Below, piece after piece: positions 13,343 to 23,555 of a stretch of DNA of 64,000 bases. This stretch comes from Azolla caroliniana (lineage: Eukaryota; Plantae; Polypodiophyta), in assembly GCA_043228905.1 (NCBI GenBank), contig JBHGNT010000016.1, positions 12,958,001 through 13,022,000 of the forward strand, written 5' to 3'. The notes under the pieces were generated by a model, which was not told the origin of the DNA, did not search any database, and saw nothing but the letters and a program-made list of their open reading frames with translations. Position 1 is the stretch's first letter. Each line of letters opens with the position of its first letter. The position numbers and the translations under genes were made by a program.

Positions 13343-16112
13343 TGATGCGAAAGATATATGTATTATATGACGGAAGATATACAACAGTAGTTAGAAGGCT
13401 TAAGACTGGCGTTGAACCGATTTGGTTCGAACTAATGCCTTGCGCCTCCTTTTATAGTGTCTTCAGGAATACTCCTGAAGTTTCTAGAATGTTCCAGAGA
13501 AATCTGGAATATACATCAATTTCCTAATAAAACCTAAATGAAAATAATATCCTTCAAATTACAACTCATAACCTAATGGTAAAGTCTTGACCCGTGTAAC
13601 AAAAGGTTATGGGTTCGAGTCTAGTTATGACAGGTGTGGCGTCAATATTAAAATAATAAAATTGAAGCACAGGATCAATTACACACGAATAAATTAATGA
13701 ACTAAAATACTCACTTAAAGATTTAGAAGACACAAGTGAACGAAAAGGAAGTTTGGAACATTGAATAAAATGTTTACCATTATTAAGTTCAAATGTGATT
13801 GAGTGATTAATCCAATCAATGGACAAAGAAGGGTTTTTATTAAAAAACCAAGGGTATCCTAAAATGATATCTGAGGATTGAAGTTTCATAACATGAAAGT
13901 CTAGCTTCTCCAAATAGGTATCTATTTGAATTGCTTCCATTTGCAATGTGAACTTCATAAATATGATCACTTGCATTTATGTGGAATTCCATTTGCTGCA
14001 CAAAGTGATCATTAAGAAAATTGTGAGAACTACCGGAATAAAAACAAGAAATGTGCTTGTGTTCCATTGATATACCCGACTGCTCGAAGTAAATCATTAG
14101 GTCCAAGTAAATGTGAAGGAAAAGTGCATTCACATGAACTTAAGTGGTTGGTATGAATGTCAACAACATCAAAAGACTCACCTGTGTGACTCGTAGATTT
14201 GCCTTGAGGAGGGGTGTTCATTGACTTCCTCTCAAGACAACGACAGGTATCCTTTGTGTGGCCCCGTTTCTTGCAATATGCATAGAAGAGGTTAGGTTTC
14301 TTGGAGTCGCGGTCAAGAGTGTCATTGGATTGCTTACGTTTCCCAATGAACTTAACATTTGGAGTTTTGGCGAACTCGGGTTTATTGTGGTCTTTATTGG
14401 AAGTCCTATCGTACCGAAGTACAATGTTGATAGCTTCCTGAAAAGGTGTGGGGTCCTTGTCATGGACAATCCAATGGTAATCGCCGTTAGGAATACCATT
14501 CAAAAAGCAAGCAACAAACCATTTCTCACCCATAAGTCCCGATTTTTTGATCTGGCTCCGAGCATGATGCACATAATCCTCGAGAGAGGTAAATGGCTTA
14601 CTCGACAACGTGAGCAAGTGTTGCGCTTGTTCAGTTTGAGAAGGTGGCTGCAAAAATTGTTTCTTAAAAACATCAACGAAACCCTCCCAAGTTGTGGGTA
14701 AGTTCTTTGTAGTCCTTAGGTCGCGCCAACAAGTAGCAGCTCGACCACCTAACTCATGACCTACATAACCAAATTTTACAACATCGGGCTTGGGGTGGAG
14801 CTCAAAGTGAGACTCCCAACAACCAAGCCAAGTGCTAATGGCCTCCTCGGTTCTTTCTTTCTTATCTCCCTTGAATGGCGTGACTACAAAAGAAGGTTCA
14901 CCTTCTTTCTTGGACTCAATAGTCAATTCTTGGAATTTCTTTTCCAATGTCATATTGTCTTGCCTCATTTCGGCCAATTGCTTCAAGGTAGTAGTGAGCA
15001 ATTGCTCAATAGTGATCTCAGCTTGTGTGCGAGATGCGGATTGGAGTTGAGAGGTCTCGGTCGGAGAGATCACTCCAACAGTGTTCAAAACTTGTTCCAT
15101 GATGGAAGTTGTGGGTATGCAATATAAATAAGGAGGTTCAGAAAATACACAAGCAAAATGAATGCTTGAAATTTTGATTGGAAGAACTTTACCAAGAAAA
15201 CATCTCACGTCTTTACCCCTCTAAACATATGGGATGTGATTCGAGATCCGATAACTATGGTAACACTATGGTGTTTTAAAAACCATGGGGGAAAACATAG
15301 CTAAGATGTATTTCTCGGATCTCTATCTTGAATAATCATGGCGGCTCCCCGAGGCTCAACCATGGTTCTAACATCAACGTAGTTTCCTAGTTAGCCTTAT
15401 ATTAGAATGCCAACCCAACATGTATTGATATGGTCGAGAAACTGTATTACGTGAAAAAACAAGTGCACAGGCAAGTAATATTCTAGTCTTGCGAGTAACA
15501 AGCAAATGTTATGACAAAAACGATAAAATAAGGCTCTACCCATAAGAATCAGGCAGTGACGAAAACAAGGGTAAAAAAACCCATGTGTTACCTACTAAAA
15601 AATAAAATGTCACAAATAAATGGATGGTGCGAGGTATGCACATATACATCCCAATATGGTGGTTGTAATTTGCACAATTGTCACATAAGCCACAAATTGA
15701 TACAAGTGGTGGTGGTGTTGTGCGCAAAGATGTAGAACTCAAATCTATGAGTAAAACATCAATAGGGGAACTCATGTGGTTTTACTTGAGTTCTAAGGCT
15801 CGATAATATGAGTTAAACCTAGATGAGCCGTTGGAAAAAATTGTTCAAAAAATGGCATGATGCCCACTCAATATTAAAAAATAGTCTACATGAATCGTTA
15901 CACCATTAAACGTACGTAAATAGTGTAGACGAACTTAAAATAAGGGCAAGAAAGAGAGTTAATTGTGGGTGGGTAGATGACAATTACTAGAAAATCATAC
16001 AAAAGTGAAACGAAAATTTATGTAATTAGAAATGAATTAGAATAATAATGAATTAGGTGTATGAATCATCAAGCATGCCTTAAGGTATGAAACCGTAAGG
16101 TAGTCAACGTGC

Positions 16113-16560
16113 ACCTCCTCAAGACCACCACATCTCCCTAGAATCGGCCAATTGATGGCTCAATAAAGAGTAAAGTGGCATAGGTAAGCGACATATACCT
16201 CATTAAGGCCACAACATCCCATAGAATCAGCCAAGTGATGGCTCAATTAAGAGTAGAGTGGCATAGGTAGGCGACATACACCTCATCATGGCCACAACAT
16301 CCCATAGACTCAGCCAAGTGATGGCTCAATAGAGGGAAGAGTGGCATACTAAACATCATATGCAAAAGGGCCATGAGGTGAGCGTGTGCGATTAGGGCAA
16401 ACACGCTCGACCCGATGCACAAGAATAATTAATATCGTAAGAGAAGTCTCAAGAGAGAGGAGAGTGGGAGATACATCGCAATATGCAAAAGCTCGTGAGT
16501 TGAGCGTGTGCGATTAGTGCAAACACACTCGGCCCGATGCACAATAATAATTAAAATCGT
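16113..16560. repeat. Tandem repeats in long 5' UTR: ~3 x 83 bp plus a ~124-bp-period duplication
   Basis: ACCTC..GCCAC.ACATC..TAGA.TC.GCCAA.TGATGGCTCAAT units at ~16113, 16197, 16280; ATATGCAAAAG..GAGCGTGTGCGATTAG..CCCGATGCACAA at ~16359 and ~16481. Confidence 0.8.
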
Positions 16561-19274
16561 ATCGTGGTAGAAAGAAGAAAGAAAAGAAAAGTAAACGTAA
16601 TACAAATTTGATTCGACCATAAAGAACGCATCATAGAAAGAAGAGAGAGATCAAGAAAGAAGAATACCGAGTTAAGAATGTTGTTTTGATCCTGTGAAGA
16701 GCATGACGAGCCTTGTTAGATCCCCATTGCTCAAATGCAAAAAACATCAAAACAACAAAAAAAATTCTTAGTAAATGCTCTGATACCATTGTTAAGAATC
16801 TATTACTAATCAATAGACCAAACTAAAGTAAAAGAAGGAAAATAGAATGGATAGAAGAACCCGACCACCCCCGAGCTATGATCTAGACATAGCCAACCTA
16901 CCACCGACGTCCCATAACGCCGGATATTAGGATGACTAATACCTTGGAAGATATAAACATGATCGTCGAGACGAAAGCCTAGCCCGCACCACCGGTGTCT
17001 ACGACAGCAGCCTTCCGACGTGATGATCCCTATGAGGGTAGCTAAGCCTAGCCCACACCACCGGTGTCTAAGACAGCAGCCTTCTAACGTAATGTGATTA
17101 TGAGGGTAGCTAAGCCTCATATTTATACCTTTTCCTAGGCCCCTTGAATAGATATGCCTTTCTAAAAGGCTCTCCATTCATTGGTTGTCCAAATCATGAT
17201 AGTGCATGCACCTATCATTCCTTCTATCCAATCATTAGTCCCCTTTTTAACATTAGTGAACATACCCTTCACTAATGTAAATATTGGTGACCTACCCTCA
17301 CCAACATTATGTGTACATAACATTGTCCGACCCTTAGGGTTGATCCAGAAATTAGGCATTATCGTCGGCAGTCATCGTTTTGACATTTCGCAATAGTATT
17401 GGCACTAGACGCGCCAGGAGCGTACCCAATATTGCTCGGCAGGCCGTGGTTTCAGGGAGCTAACATCAAGCAGGACTGGCAACATAACTGTATCAGTTTC
17501 TGACGAGGATGCAGCAAAATCCGCGTACCCACTCAGGAAATGGTTGCACAACCCAAGTCTTGGGAATATGTCCCTCTAGTGGGAGGATGATCTGACTGTT
17601 CAGAAAGCCGACAGTCGAAGAGACGGAAAACAGGAGCCGAGTTGATGAGGAACTCGGCTAAGGCCGATAGGTCGTGGCCGAAACCAGAATCGTGTAAATA
17701 GCCAACTCGGGAGACTATACTTGTAAATAGTCTAAGTGTGCGCCCCATGAGGGCTACGTATGTAAATAACCAGAAAGTTGCGTAAGTATATATACAACTA
17801 GGGAAAACTTTTAGGTAGAGTGTGATGAGTGTAGAACAGTAGAACGCAAGAGAGAGAGAGAGAGTAGTGTGAGCCGCGCCATAGTCGTGTCTGTAATAGC
17901 AGACGCGAAGAGCCCTGCGTGGTTGATACACTCAACAAAGTGTTGTATTCCTCTCAGTGTTGTATATCCACTTTGTATAGTGAAGATTCTGTTCACCCGT
18001 GGTTTTCCCCGTTTTAAGGTTTCCACGTAAATATCTGTGTATAGTCGTTTATTTTGTTTTTTTCTCGCATTTTGGTGTGATTCGTATTTCAGCTTCCTCT
18101 GATCATTGTGATTAATTCCGCAACGATTTCTCAACAAAATGGTATCAGAGCTTGAGGTGCAAGCATGGAAGGAGGTGTGAGCGGTTTCCCAGGTATGATA
18201 GTTCTCAACTCACAGAACTATGCAGACTTGAAGATCAAGATGGAGGACCTTCTCATAGTGAAAGACCTGTACAAGCCAGTCGATAGAGCAGAAATACCTA
18301 GGGGGGTATTGGAGTCGAACTGGAAGCTCCTAAACAGAAAGGTGGTGGCCACAATCCGACAATGTGTCGATGTAAGTGTCCTTCAGCATGTGGCGAACGA
18401 CACGAATGCCCACAAGATGTGGCAAAAGTTGTCGGCTCTGTATGAGAGGAAGAACGCGCTCAATAGAACCTCGCTAATGAGAAAAATCTTACGGCTGAAA
18501 TACAGAGACGGTGAGAGCATCGTCGAACACATCAACACATTTATGGGGTATGTAAATCAACTTGTTGCGACTAAGTTTCCCCTAGATGACACAATGCAGG
18601 CCATCTTGCTGATGTGCACACTGCTGGAAAGCTGGGAGAACTAGGTGGTTACTCTCAGCACCTCCTGTCAAGAAGAGAACTTGTCTTTACAGACGGTGAA
18701 GACAAACATCCTAAATGAGGAGGCAAGGAGGAAAGACAAAGGAGTCCTGTCCCAAACGGAGTCGAATCTGATTCAACATATGGACAGAGGAAGGGACCGG
18801 CGAAGAAGAAGTTCCCAGTGAACGGACAAATCCCATGGCAGATCGAAGTCTAGAGGTAAGCCTGTGTGCTTTTATTGTGGAAAACCTGGACACTTCCAGA
18901 AGGACTGCCGACACATGAGAAAAGACAAGAGTGTCGGAAATCATGTTGAACCTTGGAAAATTCTGGATGAAATAATGTTGAGCAATGAGGAACTGTTGTT
19001 CATCTGTGAACAGATAAGTGCAAACCTTCCAAGCGAAGAGTGGACTTGGGTGATTGATTCCGGCGCATCCTTCCATATTACTCTATCGAGAGAGTATTTC
19101 TTGACTTACATAGTCGAGGATCATGGCTATGTAAAGATGGGTGATAGTAGAGAGTGCAAGATAACCGGAGTCGAAAGTCTGTGCTTAACGACGTTGACAG
19201 GGTGTTGACTAATGTTGAAGGATGTTAGACACGTCCCCGATATCAAATTGAATTTGATATCGACTGGAAGGTTG

Positions 19275-19624
19275 TGTTGGGATTACGGTCCCTCCGGATG
19301 GGATGGTCGGATGTCCGGGAATCCGGATGATGGAGACCCCGGCTACGGAGCCGGATGATGAAGACCCCGGCTACGGAGCCGGATGATGGAGACCCCGGCT
19401 ACGGAGCCAGATGACGAATGTACCCGGAGAGAGATCCGGATGCGGGGACATATTTGTGGATATGTTTGCCAAGGGCCATTGAGGCTATATTTGTAAATAG
19501 CCCGAAAGTCATATGTGTATAAATATGACTTAGGGCAAACAGTTTTTGTGGTTGCTGAAAAGTTGTTGCTCATCTTTCTGTGTATTGCCACTCTTATGTG
19601 TGCAAGAGAGTGAAGAGAGCAGCC

Positions 19625-19655
<31 letters not shown>

Positions 19656-19918
19656 GAAGAGGTCGTTGCCTCTGTGTATTACCGCCGCCTGTGGCGAAGA
19701 CAGTGAGCTCAAGGTTGTTGCCTTGTAGCTTCACCATTGTACATCTCTGATTATAGTGATAGTTGGAGTTTGAGGACTCCCGTGGTTTTTCCCATTTAGG
19801 GTTTTCCACGTAAAACATCCTGTGCACTCTTCTCTCTATTGTCTTCGTGCATTTTGTATTTCCTGTTTTCTGTGAGTTGATCCTATTCCTCGGTTGTGGC
19901 CGAGCATTGTGTTCATCA
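19275..19918 (+). mobile_element. Solo copia LTR related to family B, with 3 x 28-bp U3 repeats
   Basis: TGTTGGG...CATCA termini; TSD GGTTG/GGCTG; unit CCGGATGATGGAGACCCCGGCTACGGAG. Confidence 0.85.
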
Positions 19919-21115
19919 GGCTGGACAACAAAGGCTACAGTGGTAGCTTTCGGAATGGCAAGTGCAAGTTCTGCCGAAGAAATCTTATAGTGGCCCGAGC
20001 ACAGAAAGAAAGCACATTGTACATGATGCATGCGCGACTGTGTAAATCGGAAGTAAACGTGGCAACCTGTTGGGAGACAGGTCCCTCCGGATGGGAAACC
20101 GGATGAGGAGTACCCGGCTACAGAGAGCTGGATGGTGCAAACCCGGCGAGAACCGGATGAGGAGTACCTGGCTACGGAGAGCCGGATGACGCATACCCGG
20201 TGAGAACCGGATGAGGAGTACCCGGCTACGGAGAGCCGGATGACGCAGACCCGGTGAGAAACGAGTGAGGAGTACCCGGCTACGGAGAGCCGGATGGTGC
20301 AGACCCGGTGAGAACCGGATGAAGAGACATATTCGTAAATATGTTTCTGAGAGTCCATCGAGGCTATATTTGTAAATAGCCGAAAAGTCATATTAGTATA
20401 AATATGACTTAGGGCAAACTTTTAGTTACTGTTGTTGTCATTCCTGTTTTGCACGAGATTAGAGCGCGTAACAGTGTACAGAGAGAGAGAGAGAGAGAAA
20501 GAGGTCGTTGCCTCTGTTGTAACCGCCGCCTGTGGCGAAGATCGTGAGCACGAGGTCGTTGCCTCCGTGAACTCACTGTTTGTACATTCCCACATAGTGA
20601 TAGTTTGCAGCCTGTGGGCTGCCGTGGTTTTTCCCTTAGTTTGGGTTTTCCACGTTGTCGTGAAGATCCGTCACTACGCGCGGATCGTGAGGCGGAACCG
20701 CCGGGGTTCTGGACCGGAAGGATTCAAAGTCGGTACAAGCTTTGGCGTAAGCTTTAGCGAGAAAGTACTTAAGATAGATTGGGAAAGAGAGAAGTTGAGA
20801 TCACACAATTGAGAGAGATTGATTGAAGTTTTAACTTTAGATTTAAGAAACAAGTTACACGATCAATTTGATAACAAACTTCTTCCTCTTAATTTTCATA
20901 AAAAAAACCGTGTTTTTTCTCCTCCCCCTTCCTTCTTTTATAGATGCTCTCATGCATATGATGCATGTGAGGGTACAAGACATGCATAAATTGCATGTTT
21001 GCCATTTGGCGCTTATGTATTACATGTGATGCATGAAAACCATGTCACTCATTTTAGCTCTCACGTATGAGAATTTACATGTAAAAGTACAATGATAGAA
21101 ATATAATTTCAACTA

Positions 21116-21190
21116 AATAGCATGGCTTAATGGTAAGCCAATTGACTCATAACTCGGAGATGCTAGGTTCGAATCCTTACTTCCCCTCCT
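21116..21190 (+). promoter_or_regulatory. tRNA-like module (A box/D arm, CTCATAA loop, B box/T arm) in LTR; copies at 33785-33860(+), 56710-56782(-), variant 47536-47609(-)
   Basis: TGGCTT-AATGGT-AAGCCA hairpin, CTCATAA, AGGTTCGAATCCT; no acceptor stem seen. Confidence 0.7.
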
Positions 21191-22208
21191 TGTATATGTA
21201 TATTTGTATATATATTTATATATTTACTTATATAGTCGCCGGATGCCGTTACCGGTGCCTCGCCGGATGCCATCGGTTCACCGTCTCCATCGTCGGTCCG
21301 ATTTTGGTTGGCCAAAACCCTTTACGAGTAGCTAGCCCACCTGCACTCTTAGTTCAAGTTACCTTGAACTCTCTATGCTCCACACATAGACACAAAGATA
21401 ATATCTTTTGCTCCACCTTATATATGATGAGAGCCGTATTTGTTGTGCCTATGTGGGATATCTCACAATTTTCTCTTTTCTTTTCACAAACTTTATACCC
21501 TCATATCTTGACATTTAGTTGTCCATTTCTCGTGTAATAAAGTGCATTCGAAACCTCCATCATTTTGTACTTAGATATTAAAAATTTTATCTTCACAATT
21601 ATTGTATTATGTGATTCATACTCGATTTCGTATGTTTTATGGGATTTTCACACTATTGCCGAAAATCTTCACAACATCCACCCCCACCAAACCGCACGTC
21701 CTCCGGTACGTGCCAAGAAGAGAGAAAGTGAGATTTCGGCTACGATGATCAATTAGATTCCTCCATGTCTTCATTTTCATCCGGCCTATTATGTTCATCG
21801 TCGAGGTAATCGAGGTCAAGATCCTTGTCTTGTCTTTTCTTGAAAATCTTTACTCTTTTTCCTGCAATGGGTACGACCAACCTTGATCCTGTTAATTATC
21901 CGGTCACTATTTTGTTTTGTTTCTTTTTAATAACATTTATTATTATTATTATTAGATAGTAATATGAAACAAAACAAAAGTTTTGTTTCTTTAGTAATTA
22001 TTACCCTTACTTTATTCTTTAAAAGGGTAAATGTAAGTTACGTTTTTTAGTGAGTAAAGAAAGAAAATAATAATAGTAATAATAATAATAAAGAGTAAAA
22101 CAAAACAAAACGACCGTTTTTGTTTTGAGAGAGACAAAGAGAAGGTGGAAAGGAGATATATATATATGGGAAGAGATGAGAACAAAGTATGAGAGTGTGA
22201 AGGAGAGT

Positions 22209-22298
22209 GAAGCATTGTGAAGCATAGAGAAGCTTAGTGAAGCTTGGTGAAGCTTGGTGAAGCTTGGTGGAGCTTGGTGGAGCTTGGTGAAGCTTGGT
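22209..22298 (+). repeat. 10-bp GAAGCTTGGT tandem array in LTR D (also 27158-27237)
   Basis: Direct inspection; one more unit in the 5' LTR. Confidence 0.9.
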
Positions 22299-22781
22299 GC
22301 TCGACTCATCTACTCTTAATCTTCTTTCCATCTCCGCTACTCAACGTGAGATCTACACGGCTACTACTTCGACTTGTGGACATTCTTATCCGGGTTTTCT
22401 TCTCTCTTCTTTTCTACTATATGCTTGAGAGATAGTCTTATCCCTTTGGATTATTGTACCATTTTTGTCGGTAGTATTATGCTACATATCTCTACATATT
22501 TCTAGTATATCTAGAAGTAGAACTTGTACTTTGTGTTGTATCTCTTTCTTGATAGTGGATTGGTTTTGGACTTTTGTCCCGTGGTTGTTTCCCTCATTGA
22601 GGGTTTTTCCACGTTAAATCTTGTGTAATCTTTTTTGTGTCATTGTGTGTGTGTTGTTGTGTTCCTTTTACATTATAATCGAGCATAAAACGTGACGCGT
22701 GTTACACTCTTACGTGTCTATACCTCATCAAGTGGTATCAGAGCGGAGGTTGTGTTTTTTTTTTTTTTTGCTCAATTATAA

Positions 22782-23555
22782 ATGGAGGCAAACACATCAA
22801 CAATGGTTGTTTTAAATGGCACGAACTATCAAAAATGGAAAGGAAAAATGAAAGATTTGCTTTTTGTTAAAAATATGCATTTACCTATATTTGCAAAAAT
22901 TAAACCCGAAAAGAAAAATAATGAGGAGTGGGATTTTGAAAATGAACAAGTATGTGCTTTCATTCGACAATGGGTAGGAGATAATGTCTTGAATCATATT
23001 GTGAATGAAACAAATGCAAAGACTTTGTGGAATAAATTAGAAACCTTATATGCTTCTAGAACTGGTAACAATAAGTTGTTTTTACTTAAACAAGCAATGC
23101 ATTTGACTTATAAAGAAAATAAGTCGGTTTTAGATCATTTAAATGAGTTTCAAGGATGTTTTGATCAATTGTCTAGCATGGGTATAAAGTTTGAAGAAGA
23201 AGTTCTTTCTTTATGGTTGCTAAATACTCTTCCCGAGTCATGGGAAACATTTAGGGTTACTCTAGCTAGTGCGGCTCCTAAGGAAGGCATGACAATGGAA
23301 CTTGTGAAGAGTGGAATTCTAAATGAAGAAATTCGGCGAAGGATGCAAGGAGCAACATCAAACATGGACGCCTTCATTGCAGAAAATAGAGGAAGAAGCC
23401 AAAAGAGGAGTGATGACCGAAACAACAAAGGTAGAAGTAGAAGTAAGTCAAAGTCTAAATATAAAGATTTAGTTTGTCATTTTTGTGGTAAGACAGGTCA
23501 CATAAAGAAATATTGTTTCAAATGGAAGAAGGAAAATAAGGTGTCAACTACATGA
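22782..23555 (+). CDS. gag: Copia Gag (UBN2-like domain + CCHC knuckle)
   Basis: LNGTNYQKW, LLNTLPESW, CHFCGKTGHIKKYC. Confidence 0.9.
   Translation: MEANTSTMVVLNGTNYQKWKGKMKDLLFVKNMHLPIFAKIKPEKKNNEEWDFENEQVCAFIRQWVGDNVLNHIVNETNAKTLWNKLETLYASRTGNNKLFLLKQAMHLTYKENKSVLDHLNEFQGCFDQLSSMGIKFEEEVLSLWLLNTLPESWETFRVTLASAAPKEGMTMELVKSGILNEEIRRRMQGATSNMDAFIAENRGRSQKRSDDRNNKGRSRSKSKSKYKDLVCHFCGKTGHIKKYCFKWKKENKVSTT

Larger units (their letters stand above)
7860..13632 (-). mobile_element. Young Tcn1-like self-priming chromovirus (LTRs 7860-8330 and 13166-13632)
   Basis: TSD GGTGT on both sides; LTRs differ only by one substitution and microsatellite length; PPT GGGGGGATAG; gag, PR-RT-RH-INT-chromodomain; no tRNA PBS. 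Confidence 0.95.
5268..17322 (-). mobile_element. Degenerate chromovirus-type Ty3/gypsy with tRNA-iMet PBS; 5' LTR 16790-17322, truncated 3' LTR 5268-~5500
   Basis: TSD CTGTC/TTGTC; PBS TGGTATCAGAGC (16777-16788); gag 14030-15208; RT KIDLWTGYHQ..PFGLTNAPATFQ (6717-7646); integrase 5551-6486; a deletion joins the integrase tail to the LTR. Confidence 0.85.

Noticed and set aside
21116-21190. Functional tRNA-Met/Ile(CAU) gene
   Set aside because: No acceptor stem, weak anticodon stem, and the anticodon varies (CAT vs CCT) between copies; reported as a tRNA-like module only.
22209-22298. GAAGCTTGGT repeats as heat-shock elements
   Set aside because: TTG rather than TTC, and they lie downstream of the likely TATA tract (~22156); insufficient support.
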